Source of the DNA: Octopus vulgaris
Taxonomy: Eukaryota
DNA length: 64,000 bases
Direction of reading: 5' to 3'
Assembly (NCBI GenBank): GCA_951406725.2
Contig: OX597823.1
Span: forward strand, 68,014,001-68,078,000
The notes below the pieces were generated by a model. The model had not been told where the DNA came from. It worked only from the letters and a program-made list of their open reading frames with translations, and did not search any database. Position 1 is the stretch's first letter. Each line of letters begins with the position of its first letter. Made by a program: the position numbers and the translations under genes. Shown one piece after another: positions 63,963 through 64,000 of the stretch.

Positions 63963-64000
63963 AAAGCAAATTTTATACAAATACTGTCATGATACACAGT

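Overview
AT-rich eukaryotic genomic DNA, most likely from an octopus or other coleoid cephalopod (inferred from the repeat families and microsatellite load, not proven). The only host-gene sequence I can support is one 132-nt minus-strand exon (39241-39372) encoding the L27C-to-PDZ junction of an MPP7/MPP3-like MAGUK, so the window is probably almost all intron. The rest is microsatellites and decayed mobile elements: tRNA-derived SINEs, RTE, CR1/L2-like, R4/Dong-like and Tx1-like LINE remnants, Penelope-like elements, mariner/Tc1, hAT, piggyBac- and Tigger-type MITEs, and a Helentron-type HINE. Nearly all supplied ORFs are microsatellite or TE artefacts. The most striking structure is at 62464-62989: a head-to-head palindromic element flanked by one 14-bp direct repeat, in which each arm has a tRNA-like head and a minimal Penelope-type hammerhead ribozyme motif. 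It is a candidate Penelope-mobilised 'hammerhead SINE'. Several other decayed hammerhead motifs and microsatellite-embedded retroelements occur in the window. Coordinates of degenerate repeats are approximate, and all family assignments were made by eye without database searches.
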